A DNA stretch of 64,000 nucleotides, from NCBI GenBank assembly GCA_964016885.1, contig OZ024748.1:16368001-16432000 (forward strand), in the 5' to 3' direction. The first letter of the stretch is position 1. Each line of letters opens with the position of its first letter. Below the pieces are notes generated by a model. It made no database searches and was not told where the DNA came from. It saw nothing but the letters and a program-made list of their open reading frames with translations. This document shows positions 25,640-39,410 of the stretch, one piece after another. Source of the DNA: Eledone cirrhosa (Eukaryota). The position numbers and the translations under genes are program-made.

Positions 25640-26135
25640 TCTGGTAGAAACACTACACTTGTGACAATTATTGTCACATAGTGCTGGGCCCATGGTACCA
25701 TGTGACGACAAGTGCAGAGAGATCTCCAGATATAAAGCAATGCCTGTGCCGTGAAGCTTTTATAGTGAGCAAAGGCACTGCACAAAGCCAGTCCCACTCT
25801 CTTAACAGAGATGATATTTACCAAAAAGAAGAACATGTCAACATCATTGGATACCATCAGGGTTGCAGGTGTTATATCAGAGTATTCCTTCTCCTAGAAT
25901 TCTGCCTTGACAAAGGCTAAGGGGTCATCTCTCCCGGTGATTTTGGATGGCCATTGACTCTTAAGAGCTTCTTTGCCCTTTGAGAGGTTGTGTTTTAGTC
26001 CTGCAGGATGTCCAAAGTCACCCTCCTCACCAAGAAACCTTGGTGGGGTTGCCAGTTTAGTCGCCAACAACCCGGCCATGAGACAGGTTGTACTGGGATA
26101 CATGTTACCACTAGCACCAACTGGTGACCTGACAT
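25640..26135 (-). mobile_element. decayed RTE-like 5' region / endonuclease fragment
   Basis: Homology to 14800-14970 and 48965-49220; downstream frame is degraded. Confidence 0.4.
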
Positions 26136-26279
26136 ATGACCATACATTCATATACACACATATATACATACATATACACACATATGTATCATCTTGAAAT
26201 TCACTAACACTACATCTGATATTCCCCCTCCATAAACACATACACATGTAAATGCGTATGTGTTTATGGAGGGGGAATG

Positions 26280-26447
26280 TGTAAATGTGGTTGGTGTTAG
26301 GAAGGGCATCCAGCCGTAGAAAACCCGCCAGACAGTCCTATGCAAACAAGACAACCACTCTTGCCTCAAGTGGGAAAACTCCCGTCCAAACCCATGCAAG
26401 CGTGGAATATGGACATTAAACGATGATGATGATGATGATGATGATGT
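26280..26447 (+). mobile_element. short RTE-tail retroposon fragment (others at 23662-23830-, 30302-30480+, 36875-37065+, 43131-43300-)
   Basis: tggtgttaggaagggcatccagccgtagaaaa...acccatgc(a/t)agcgtgga...(GAT)n. Confidence 0.7.
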
Positions 26448-26566
26448 TGACATGTATCTCAAGACTCATACACTTCACTTTCCTGACATTTGTACATTAT
26501 TCTATGTACTATACATGCACCTTTGATGAGTTGTAGTGCACCTGAGCACTGTACACAATAATTTCA

Positions 26567-26945
26567 GGGTGGTGGATTGGCAGTATCAGTAGAGGGTTGG
26601 ATGCCATGCTTTGCAGCATAGTGTTACACCCCTTTACATTCTGAGTTCAAATCCTGCTGAGGTTTACTTTGCTTTTCATCCTTACGGGCTTGATAAAATA
26701 AAGTACCAGTAATGCACTGGTGAATTGCTGGCCTTGTGCCAAAAGTAGAAACCAGTGGCTTGGCAGTATCAGTAGAGGGTCGGACACCATGCTTTCCAGC
26801 ATAGTTACCTCCCTTTGCGGTCTGAGTTCAAATCCCACCGAGGTTAACTTTGCCTTTCATCCTTACGGGGTCGATAAAATAAAGTACCAGTAATGCACTG
26901 GGTAATTGATGGCCTTGTGCCAAAAGCAGAAACAATTATTATTAA
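26567..26945 (+). mobile_element. two head-to-tail SINE family B copies
   Basis: 26567-26752 and ~26755-26945, each with head, Nin/Deu domain and tail. Confidence 0.9.
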
Positions 26946-27422
26946 TTCCTTGTTTCTTATGGAGACAAAAAAAACCCTAAAAAAACAACAATAATGGTAA
27001 CAAAACAGACAATAACAACAATGAATGCCGTTTGTGTTTTTACACATGATATATTTTAAACAATGATTAAAGGAACGACATTACTAATAAAGAAATAAAA
27101 GACTTGTCATCAAGGAGCTATTTATCTCAAACACTGACTAATGAGCTATGATCCCATTCTGATAGGCGTCAAATTATCTGTACAATGACATCAGCCTGTT
27201 TAGAGACACAGAATCTCACATAGTGCATTATACACACAAATGTATATGTCTGTGTGTGTGAGTGTGTGTGTATATATGTGTGTGTATGTGTGTGTGTGTA
27301 TATATATATGTGTGTGTGTGTGTATATGTGTATGTATATATATATATGTGTGTATATATGTGTGTGTGTGTACAATATATATATATACATATATAACATT
27401 GGATATGATAATGATATATGCA

Positions 27423-27463
<41 letters not shown>

Positions 27464-27487
27464 TATATATGCATACATATACATATT

Positions 27488-27547
<60 letters not shown>

Positions 27548-27645
27548 TATGCATACATATACATACACATATATATAGATATATATATGCATCATCATCA
27601 TTTCATGCATACATATACATATTTGTCTCTCTATATATACACACG

Positions 27646-27687
<42 letters not shown>

Positions 27688-27753
27688 TATATATACACAC
27701 ACATGTATATATACATATATATATATACACACACATATACATATTTGTCTATA

Positions 27754-28754
27754 TCATCATCATCAACGTTTTACGTCCATTCTTCCACGCTAGCATGGGT
27801 TAGATAGGTTGTCTTATTGTGGGCAGTGTCCGGTCGGCTGACCTTGTCTTGCTTATACGGGAACTGATTCTGGGTTGATTTCTACAGCTGGATGCCCTTC
27901 CTAACACCAACCTCATGTACAGTAAGTTCTGGGTGCTTTTTTTCCGTGGCGCCTACACGTCCTCTTTACAGTGTGGACTGGGTGCTTTTTTGTCGTGGCA
28001 CCTCCACGACCACTTTGCAGTGGGAGGGGTGGGGGCATATTGTCTATATGCTTCAGCCTCGGCCTGTACCCGTGGGGGTCGATCTTCTGTATTACTTTGT
28101 GATGCCAGAGGTCAAGGTCGTGTGCCTTTGAGGTGTAATTGGGTAAGGTCGGCTTTTATCACCTCATCCTAGGTCTTCTTGGGTCCCCCCACTCCGTGGT
28201 TTCTATCAACTTCTACTGCTCTGCACCTTTTTATGCAGTTGCCATCCTTCATACGCATCACATGTCCATACCAACACAACTGCCTCTCCTGCACACAGCA
28301 TTTGATTCCTCTTATGCTGTCTCTCTCTCAATTCATTTATGCTTTGCCGTTCGCATATATTACTATTACACATCCATCGGAGCATGCAGGCTTCGTTTCT
28401 TTCTAATCTACGCAAGTCTTCCACAGACAGTGCCCAGGTCTCACTACCATGTTACATTGCTGTTCGGATACACGCATCATACAGTCTGCCTTTCATTTTG
28501 AGGGAAAAGCCTTTTGCAGCTAGCAGTGGCAGTATCTCCCTGAACTTCTTCCATCCCGTTCTTACCCTAGTTATTGTACTTTCCGAACACCTACCTCTGC
28601 TGCTAATTCGGTCACCTAGGTAGCAGAAGCTGTCTACTGTTTCTTCTAGTCCCTGCTTCCAAGTTTGGAATTTCTTCTCTAGTTCTACCATAGATTCAGT
28701 TATAAGTGCGAGGTCATCTGCATACATGGACAAACCAGTCTTAAACTCCTCCAT
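27754..28754 (-). pseudogene. 5'-truncated, internally deleted copy of RTE family 1
   Basis: Aligns closely to 57222-58525 including the 3' UTR; YADD retained; ~285-bp PHD-containing segment absent. Confidence 0.92.
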
Positions 28755-28756
28755 AT

Positions 28757-29090
28757 ATCATCAGCATCATCAGCATTTTACGTCCGCTTTTCCCTGCTTG
28801 CAAAGGTGGGACGGGTACTGATTCTGGCTTGATTTCTACAGCTGGATGCCTTTCCTAACACCAACCTCATTTACAGTGAGTGCTGGGTGCTTTTTTGCCA
28901 TGGCACCTCCACGACCACTTTGCAGTTGAATGATATGGAACTCAGTCCCTATCATCTCATTTCTACAGCTGAGTAAACTGGAACAATGTCTCTTGCTCAA
29001 GCAAACAACACATAACCCGGTCTGAGAATTGAACTCACAACCTTTCGATTGCAAGACCAATGCTCTAACCACTAAGCCATGTGCATCCAT
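28757..29090 (-). mobile_element. SINE family A, near full length
   Basis: Reverse complement of 125-477 with a small deletion in the CORE. Confidence 0.9.
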
Positions 29091-29455
29091 CATGTGCCTC
29101 TTTATATATAAAAGTACCAGTCTAGTACATAAATATATATAAATACACATACATATACATACATATACACACACATTCACACATGTACATATATTACCTG
29201 AAACACTTTTAAATGATGTCATAGTTTTAAGCCATACAACCAACAATATAAATGGATTTGTCTGAAAACAACGAAACTACGAATGAAGACATTTCTACAG
29301 GAAAAGATAGTAAATTGATGTCACCTTCTGTGTGACAGCTGAAAGGAATCCGTAATTTTATGCAATTCCCAGCAGTCTAGATTCATCTTCTCTCTATTCC
29401 ATTAAAGGTAATCAGCTCGCTATGTTTTTCATTGTTTTACAATTTTTTATTTTAT

Positions 29456-29524
<69 letters not shown>

Positions 29525-29817
29525 GCGTGTACATGTATATATACACATGTGTGTGTGTGTATATATATATATATGTATATGTATATATTGTTTTTTTTTC
29601 TTAATAGATACATTTTGCTGCCATGTTTATTACTGAACATTCTCCCTTTCTCTCTCTCTCTCTCACTGCCACTCTCTCTTTTTCTCTCTCTATCATTTTT
29701 TTTCTAAACGAACCAATATCACATATGAAGTTCCTAAAGACTAACTAATGAGCTAACCCAGTGTAATAATAGTGAACTATTTATGTTAAAATTAAAGTTA
29801 AATCTAGAAAAAAAAAT

Positions 29818-30250
29818 CATCATCACCATCATCATCACCACTACCACCACCGTCATCACCACTACCCCCACCGTCATCACCACTACCACCACCGTCAACA
29901 CCACTACCACCACCGTCATCACCACTACCCCCACCGTCATCACCACTACCCCCACCGTCAGTCATAACCACTACCCCCACCGTCATCACCACTACCCCCA
30001 CCGTCAGTCATAACCACTACCACCACCGTCATCACCACTACCCCCACCGTCATCACCACTACCCCCACCGTCATCACCACTACCCCCACCGTCATCACCA
30101 CTACCACCACCGTCATCACCACTACCACCACCGTCATCACCACTACCACCACCATCATTATTATCATTATCTTCATCACCACCACCACTACCATTATCAT
30201 CATCATTACTATCACCATCATCATTATCCCCATTACCATCACCACCAATC
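29818..30250. repeat. 21-bp minisatellite ccgtcatcaccactacc(c/a)cca
   Basis: Directly visible, roughly 15 copies decaying into (CAT)n. Confidence 0.9.
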
Positions 30251-30262
30251 AATACCGCTGCC

Positions 30263-30300
<38 letters not shown>

Positions 30301-30489
30301 TATAAATGTGGTTGGTGTTAGGAAGGGCATCCTGCCATAGAAAACCTGCCAGATAGTCCTATACGAACAAGACATGGTCACCCGACCAATCTTGCCTCGA
30401 GTGGGACAATTCACATCTAACCCATGCTAGCATGGAAGATAGACATTAAACAATGATGATGATGATGACGATGATGATGATATATATAT

Positions 30490-30707
30490 CATCATCATCA
30501 TCATTTTACGTCCGCTTTTCCCTGCTTGCAAGGGTGGGACGGGAACTGATTCTGGCTTGATTTCTACAGCTGGATGCCCTTCCTAACACCAACCTCATTT
30601 ACAGTGAGTGCTGGGTGCTTTTTTGCCGTGGCACCTCCACGACCACTTTGCAGTGGAATGATATGGACCCCGGTCCCTATCATCTCATTTCTACAGCTGA
30701 GTAAACT
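30490..30707 (-). mobile_element. 5'-truncated SINE family A
   Basis: Tail-to-tail with the RTE-tail fragment 30302-30480 across a short (TA)n. Confidence 0.85.
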
Positions 30708-30724
30708 AAATTTTATATATATAT

Positions 30725-31500
30725 AAAATTGTATAGTATATAGACTATTGCAAAGTTTGCCTCACTTTCAAACAATGTTGATCCCCTTCACCTGTTCTTG
30801 ATAATGTAATAGTGGTTATGGAGCTGGGATGAGGGGCTGTTTCAATTGACCAAGGCTGTGTGGAGCCCATCCGTCTCCAAGTCTGAATATAGTAGATTTT
30901 CTCCAGAGAACGATAGTAAGTTAAAGAAAGGAAGTGAGGAAGAATCGACCCCAGTACTAGACTGGTACTTTTATTTTATCGACCTCAAAAAATGAACAGC
31001 AAAGTTGAACTCGGCAGAATTTGAACTCAGAGAGCCGAAACAAATACCATAAAGCACTCTATCTGATGTTCTAATGACTCTGCCAAACTGTTGCCATGTC
31101 TGTATAACCTTCATTATTCAGCTTCTATACTATGGCGCTCACTCGAAGAAGGGGGAATTTCTTCATCTTCATTTCTTCTCTGAATATATATATCAATCAG
31201 TATTTTGAAATTATATTCAATAGAAACGGAAACCGTAAAAAAAAAACCAAGGTAGAATTATTCACATTGTCTATTTGAAAGTCACAAACATTCTCTTGTT
31301 AATGTGTTCTACATATGAAACCAACTAAGTTAAAAGTTTAATAGACTGAACTTTTGGAAAACTTTAAATTACACTCAGCCTTGGTCAATCGAAACAGCCA
31401 TAACTACTATTACATTATCAAGAACAGGTGAGGAAGATCAACATTTTTTGAAAGTGAGGCAAACTTTGCAATAGTCTACTGTATAGATTATACAATTATA
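30725..31500. repeat. inverted repeat pair flanked by (TA)n, with an internal old SINE B
   Basis: ~30725-30860 is a diverged reverse complement of ~31372-31500; SINE B remnant at ~30945-31095(-). Confidence 0.75.
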
Positions 31501-31607
31501 TATATATATATATATATATATATCTTCTACGTACATATAATATATATTTATACATATATCTAAACCCATGCTAGCGTGGAAGATGGGCATTAATATCTTC
31601 TACATAC

Positions 31608-31660
<53 letters not shown>

Positions 31661-31852
31661 CTTACACATACATATAATATATATATAACACGCACATATA
31701 TAAATATGTATGTATGTGTATGTATGTATGTGTATGCATATATGTATATATGTGTATGCATATGTGCATATCTCTATGTATACATATATGTGTGTCTCTA
31801 CACATACAAATATAGGTAGACATATTTCTATAGTGATAGGTAAAATTACATA

Positions 31853-31894
<42 letters not shown>

Positions 31895-31915
31895 CATACA
31901 TATATATACACATTG

Positions 31916-31948
<33 letters not shown>

Positions 31949-33814
31949 CACATATACATACACATATGCATATATATATACACACCCATACATATGTATA
32001 TACATATTGAATATTTCTGTCTGAGACAAAAGAAAGTGAGTGTATGTATTTCTTGCAATAATGGAATGGATGGGAGTTAAAAATTGAATAATATACTATC
32101 GATTTTTCTCTATACATTGGAGTTAAATATGAATTGATTCTGTCACATCTAATGAAAGGTAGACATCACTTTCATTAGGTACTTACATCCAACGAGATTT
32201 CAACCTGTCTTTATCAATCCAATCACAGAAAAACCACAAAAACTTCCCTAAGTCATCCTTTAATATTTTTCTTCTTCAAAATATTCCTACGTGGTTCTTT
32301 AAAGGTCATCAAATATTAATGTATATTTTAAGATGTCTTATTTTATTTTTTGTTCTTTGGGGGGTTTTGGTATATTTTTTTTCATCCTTACCAAAACCTT
32401 CGTCGTTCATATATTCCCAGACGAAGGCATTCTCGATGTTATTCTTGTTTCAGAAAAGAACATTCAAGGTTATATTGATATTGATATTTATATTGATATT
32501 CATTCATAAAATCAAAGAGTGGTTTTTGATTTTGTGTTTGTATGTATAAAAAATAACAGAAAAAAACCCATCAAACAGAAAAGATTAAAGGGCCTTAACT
32601 CTAGATGACCATTTTAAACATGGCAAAGCCCATCTCATCTCCAGGTGAGAACATAGCTGATTTCTTCTTGAGGAAGAACAAGAGACAAAGAAGGAGTAAG
32701 AACAAAAGGAGAAAGAGGCAAAGGAAGAGAATATGGATGAGAAAGAGAGAGAGAAAGGAAAGAAGGAAAAAAAGAGAGGATGAGAGAGAGAAAGAGGGTG
32801 TAAAAACACACGAGCAAGAGACAAAGAGTAAGAAGAAATGACACAGGAAATCCAAACCCCAATACAGGACTGGTAATTTATCGATCTTGAATAAAAGGAT
32901 GAAAAGTGAAGTTGACCTTTGTAGGATTTAAACTCAAAGAATTATGTGTTGAAACAAATAAATACCAAGACAGTTTTAATAACAAGCCCTAATGACACTA
33001 TTAATTTGCCCTGATCACTGCTACCCCTGTGACTAATAGGTCACTAGTGTGCCTATTCTCATTCTGAAAATGGGGCTGTGAAACCCTTGAAATATTAATA
33101 TCCAAGCAGATTTCAGACTGCTATTGTTACTAAACTAAACACAAAGGATTTCTAACAATATATGGAAAAGAATTTTAATAAACATTAATCAAATTGGAAC
33201 ACAGCAGTGTTTTCAATATAATGTGGAAAAGCCTGAAGAAGTCTAAAGAAAATACCATTGAAGAGATACTTAGGAAGAATCAACATATTGTATACTATAC
33301 CAAGCAAACATTTAGCAAATCAATACAGAATCTGGCAAAGTATTGAACAGGCAGCAATTCTACAAACTTTGGTAGTTAGTAACAAAACAACATTTTCTAT
33401 CAGAAAATAAAATAAAAATTGTTCACAAATGTAGCCTACAAAGAAATGAATGAAAAGGATGGATGGAAGATGTATAGCCTAGTGGCTATACATATGACAA
33501 AAGAACACGCCAAGTGGAGAGGATCTTATACTGCAAGCATGGAACAGTAAACATAAAATGATGATAATCATCATCATCATTTTCGTTTCCACATCCACTT
33601 TCCCTGCTAGCAAGGGTTGGACAGATCCATTTAGACCAAGTCAGTACTGAAGTGGAACCACTGATCTCCCAGACAGACCAGGGACCTGTGTCTCACTTTC
33701 CATTGAGTGTTCAGGAAAGGTTATCATGCTTTTGACACAACTGAGGGACCTCCTAACCCTTTGATACATACATACATACATATATATACATATATATTAG
33801 GAGGTCCGTCAGTT

Positions 33815-34075
33815 GTGATGGCTTAGTGGTTAAAGCATTGGGCTTGCAATCGAAAGGTTGTGAGTTCAATTCTCAGACCGGGTGATGTGTTGTTTCCTTG
33901 AGCAAGACACTTTATTTCACGTTGCTCCAGTTTACTCAGCTGTAGAAATGAGTACCGGCCTGCCCGCCCAGCCAGTGCGATGGTGTTATCTTATGGCTAA
34001 AACAGCACGACGTGCTGTGACCAGCAGCGTCGATTGGCGCCTGACAGACTGGTCAGTCAACATGATCAAGGTGAT
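33815..34075 (+). mobile_element. CORE-type SINE with a third tail type
   Basis: Head and CORE nearly identical to family A up to gtagaaatgag, then taccggcc...gccagtgcgatggtg...catgatcaaggtgat. Confidence 0.8.
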
Positions 34076-34240
34076 ATATATATATCATTTCATCATTCAT
34101 TCTTTTTTGCTCACAGAATGTTTATAGCTCGCTGTGACTTTCAGTCACCCTCTCTCATTCAATCGATACAACTGACTCTCTCCTCTCACTTTCTCTCTCT
34201 TTCAATCTATACAACTAACTCTCTCCTCTCACCACTTCTA

Positions 34241-34283
<43 letters not shown>

Positions 34284-34463
34284 CTATACAACTGACTCTC
34301 TCCTCTCACTCTCTGCTATCTATCCATCTGTCTATACATCTCTCAATCCCCCACTCTACATTTTTTATCAACATAACTTCACATGATGTAAAATCTCCCA
34401 TGAGACATCACAATTTCATACATTATGCAAGTTACATAGTTGAATTTTTTGAAAAACCGAACA

Positions 34464-34497
<34 letters not shown>

Positions 34498-34615
34498 ATG
34501 AAAGTGTGTGACTATGTGAGTGTATGGATTTCTGTGGCATCATTAACTCATTTTAAACTAGACACCATTTATGTGCATGTGTGTGTGTATGTGTTTGTTC
34601 ATGTGTGTGTGTGTG

Positions 34616-34647
<32 letters not shown>

Positions 34648-34649
34648 TG

Positions 34650-34721
<72 letters not shown>

Positions 34722-36694
34722 GTCACAAATGATATCTTTTTCTTTTTCATTCCTCTCCTCTTCAGCCTTCTCATTCATCTTTCCGTCCTCTTTCCTTCCC
34801 CTCATCATCTCTTCATCTTCTTCCTTATCTTCACATATCTCTTGAAAACTCCAGAATTACATATATTCTTTTCCTAACTTTCACAACCCAGTAGTTCAAT
34901 TATTCTCACTTATTGGTTTTTAAATGCAATAAATTTGAGAATTTAATACACATTAATTAATTTTAAATTTGTATAATATATTTACTAAACGAGATATCGT
35001 TTGTTTTATGCTCACTATTTCATTTTCTCCTGTTTAATTAACATGTTTCTGGATAAATTGTTATTTCACCTGAGGCATTCTAACTAGGTAGTACATGTCT
35101 GTGTGTCTTCTCTCACATCCATCAAAGTTTTTAATGCTTCTTATTCTCCACTTACTTATTCTTGAGAGGGTCATGGGGGCAGAGTCCTCAAACATTCCCT
35201 GCAGTGGTTCTTAGTATCACAGACTTCCGACCCTTCTAGATACACACTTCTTCCATATAAGTAGATATATTTCTAAACCTTTCTTTATACATATAAAATC
35301 AAAGCCATTACAGTTACCTACCCAACACAACCTTTAATGATCTATTAACCATCAACACATACCAATAACGCACGCACACACAAATGCACGCACACACACA
35401 AACACACACACACCACCAACACACACAGACACACCAACAGCACACACCAACACACACACCAACATCACACACAAACACACACATCAACAATACACACACA
35501 CACACACAAACAACACACACCAACAGCACACACACACCAACAAAACACACACAAACACACATTAACAAAACACAAACACACAAACACACACTAACAAAAC
35601 ACAAACACAGAACAACATACAAACACACACACCAACAGCAAGAGCACACACAAACACACACACCAACAAAACACCAACACACAACAACACACACACACAT
35701 ATACACAACACACACCAACACACACAAACAAACTAACATACACACAACACAACCTCTTTTACGCCAACTAATTACCACAACAGGCTTTTTATCCAACTTA
35801 ACCAGTCACTCTTTCCTAGCACTAGAATATATTTAACATCTTTGACTGAAGCCAAACCCTTCACCCTTTTCTTTGCCCACTTATTCCTGGGAAGGTTGTG
35901 GCGGTAGAGTCCTCAAACAACTCCAACCAGCAGGTCATGTCAGAAGCAACCATCTCCAAATAATATGACTGGAGCCTCAAGCAAGGCAAGCCAAGATCAT
36001 GGATGTTATCCAAGCATCTTGCTCAGTTTTATATGCTTCTTCTATTTCTTCGACCAGTTATTTCCGAGGGGGTCATGGGGTGCAGAGCTCTTCAAACAAC
36101 TCCAACCAGCAGGTCATGTCAGATGCAACAATCTACAAATTGTATGGCTTGATCCTCAAGCAAGAAAACCTGAGATCATGGATGATGTCCATCCATCTTA
36201 TTCTGTTTTATATGCTGATACTGATATTTCAATAATCTTTTAATCTTTTGATGGTTTCAGTCATCAAAGAGTGGCCATACTGGAGTACAATCTGTAAGGA
36301 TTTTAGTTGATCACATCAAAACCCCAACCACGCCATTACTTATTAATTTTGTTGGGCTTTTTAAAGCCTGTTACTTGTTTATTTGATCCCTTTTTTGTTA
36401 AGCTGCTAGTTTTCAGGACATAAACACACAAAGATAGACATGGATACATACACACACACACTTAAGCATATATATATTGATACACACACAAACACACACG
36501 CATATATATATGGATACACACACACATATATATCGTCCGAAACGTTAAGATATATATATACTATCTATGTATATATATATACTATCTATGTATAAATATA
36601 TATACTATCTATGTATATATATATATATATATATATATACTATCTATCTATATATATATATATGCTATCTATGTATAAATATATATATACTATC

Positions 36695-36739
<45 letters not shown>

Positions 36740-37084
36740 TATGTATATACATATATATACACTATGTATATACATATATCAGTGTAAGATGTTAGAGATG
36801 ATCGCACAATGAAATGCGCTCAGTATGCATTGTAAAGTAGTAATATAGGTGTCATGTTAAAAAGAACCCAATTCATGCCAGTGTAAAGTGGGTGGCATTC
36901 AGAAGGGTATCCAGCTGAAGAAATGACACCAGACAAGAATGCATGAAGAAGATGTAGTCATCTGATCCGCTCATTCTCAGCACGACACAACCCGTCCAGT
37001 ACATGCCAGTGTGGTGTGGAAAAACGAACATAAAACGGTGAAATTGATGATGATGATGATGACGATTATCATTGCTATCAAATA

Positions 37085-37270
37085 TTAGTTTCTAATTTAG
37101 GCACAAGACCAGTGATTTTGTGGGAAGGGAAAATTGAATTAAATCGACCCCCAGTGCATGACTGGTACTTTATTTTATCGACCCCGTAAGGATGAAAGGC
37201 AAAGCAAAGCTAACCTCTGCAGGATTTGAACTCAGTTTGTAAAAGTGTGTAACTCTATGCCATAAAGCAT
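37085..37270 (-). mobile_element. SINE family B (older variant)
   Basis: actggtactttattttatcgaccccgtaaggatgaaaggcaaag. Confidence 0.75.
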
Positions 37271-38393
37271 GTTGTCTCACGGAAGTTTGAAATGATATAT
37301 ACTCTTATATAGAATCACGACAGTGTTATTAACAGAGTGCGTTGGTGGGGTGGGAGAGGGAGGATTCTTCAGCATGAGCAACACTTTAGTGTCAAAGAAA
37401 CAGGCATAGAATCTTAACAGAGATAACTCTTTATGTAACACTGCACATTACATTACTGTATACTTATACAAAAGTACAAGTCCATAGTTTAACAAGACTG
37501 ATGGCTGATGCCTATACAATAATATAATGTCAAAATGGAATCTAAATAAATGGCAATGACAAAGTGTTTTCTTATTTGTCTTCAATGAAGTCATTCTTCC
37601 CCGAAAAAAGGAAAAAGGAAAAAGGAAAAAAACAAAAAAAAAACAGCATAATAAAAACAAACATTTCACAGCAAAGCCAAATTGCATTGTGTATATAACT
37701 ACCTTATCATAGAAAATTTGGTAGGAACTGAAGAGATAAAATATATGTTAATCTCTTCAAATGCATCCTCCTTCACAAGTAAGATCAATAAATAGCATTT
37801 CTTTTATACATTAATATAGATAAGATGCTGTGTGGGATCGTCAGATAATACATACTAAACAATGATGTTATTTTTCGTGCAGTAACTCAACAGATAGGAC
37901 TAATTGCATTGTAACACTCCAAATAATCAATTTTCTCTGCATATATATACATGTGTGTGTGTGTGTGTGTGTAAATATATATATGTGTGTGTGTTTTTAT
38001 GTATGTAAATATATATATGTGTTTGTGTTTTTATGTATGTATATATATGTAAATATATATGTGTGTATATATGTAAATATATGTGTGTGTGTGTGTGTGT
38101 GTATACGGGTATGTATACATGTATATATATATGTGAGTATATATGTATATATATGTGGGTATATATGTGTATATATAAATGTGGGTAAATATATGTATAT
38201 ATATATATATATATGTGGGTATATATATGTATGCATATATATATGTGGGTTTATATATATGTATATATATATGTGGGTTTATATATATGTATATATATAT
38301 ATGTGGGTTTATATATATGTATATATATATATGTGGGTTTATATATATGTATATATATATGTGGGTATATATATATATATATATATATATGTG

Positions 38394-38442
<49 letters not shown>

Positions 38443-38762
38443 TTTCCCTATTTGAAGAAGCTATTGGATTTTCATAATTCTAAAGTCAAGATTCTTCATA
38501 CTTTAAATAATGACTGTCATATTTAATTTGATAAAGCAACATGTCCTGTAGCAATTTCCTTGAAAACACAGCTATTTAAAAACATTGCTATTAAGCATAT
38601 CTTGGAAATTGTTCTTACTATGAACATGATGCTAACATCAATGGAAATCTAATACATTCTTGGATTTCTTATCACGTCCACATTTCAGAATTATGGTTTG
38701 GTTGAGTATCTGATAATATTTGATAACCTCTAACGTTTATTTATTCTGGTAGAAACTAATTA

Positions 38763-38804
<42 letters not shown>

Positions 38805-39054
38805 GTGAGAGAGAGAATTAGGGAGAGAGTTTATATTAAAGTTCATATCATACACTTAATATTTATGCACGACTTTAGGTTTCAGGGCCCGGTTATGATC
38901 ACTACTGTCCTGCACACATAAACACAGATTAATGAACAAAGCTAGAATACAAACACACATAGATTCAGACACGAAAACACACCAAACAGAAGACACACAC
39001 ACGCAAATGCATGAGCAAATGGACAAAGACAAAAATAAATAAATAAATAAAATA

Positions 39055-39139
39055 AAAATGGCGTAGACATTACAATACAACAGGAGGAAACAATAGTACC
39101 ACTGATGGTGTGACAAGTGTTTGATGAAAGAACTTTGAT

Positions 39140-39145
<6 letters not shown>
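39055..39145 (+). mobile_element. decayed homolog of the family P2 hammerhead region
   Basis: caatacaacaggaggaaacaatagtaccactgatgg...gaaagaactttgatagact aligns to the reverse complement of 11865-11950. Confidence 0.6.
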
Positions 39146-39181
<36 letters not shown>

Positions 39182-39222
39182 CGAAACATAAGTCAGTTGC
39201 ATGAACTCATAATCCTTTATTT

Positions 39223-39278
39223 ACTGCTATATATATTTCGATGATAGCCATTGAATCGCTATGACCTCATCAGGCAGT
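39223..39278 (-). ncRNA. minimal hammerhead ribozyme (intact core)
   Basis: actgc-CTGATGA-ggtcatagc..gctatcatc-GAAA-tatata-TA-gcagt; perfect 5-bp stem I, palindromic stem/loop III. Confidence 0.75.
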
Positions 39279-39410
39279 TAGTCAGTTCTTAGATATGCCA
39301 GCTCTGTGTTTATAGTGTTGATGGTATACATATGAGCTTGTTAGGAATAATTTAATATTGGCAGGAATAGTCTTAATTCTCTCTCTATATATATATATTG
39401 ATATATATAT

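Noticed and set aside
26050-26105. HDV-like ribozyme in the RTE-like 5' repeat (ccagt...ctaa-actgg on the minus strand)
   Set aside because: Could not establish P1 and P1.1 pairing or the correct P2-P3 spacing by eye
32620-32650. agcccatctcatctccag|gtgag splice donor
   Set aside because: The same motif recurs at ~30862 and ~59702, so it is a dispersed repeat fragment rather than evidence of an exon
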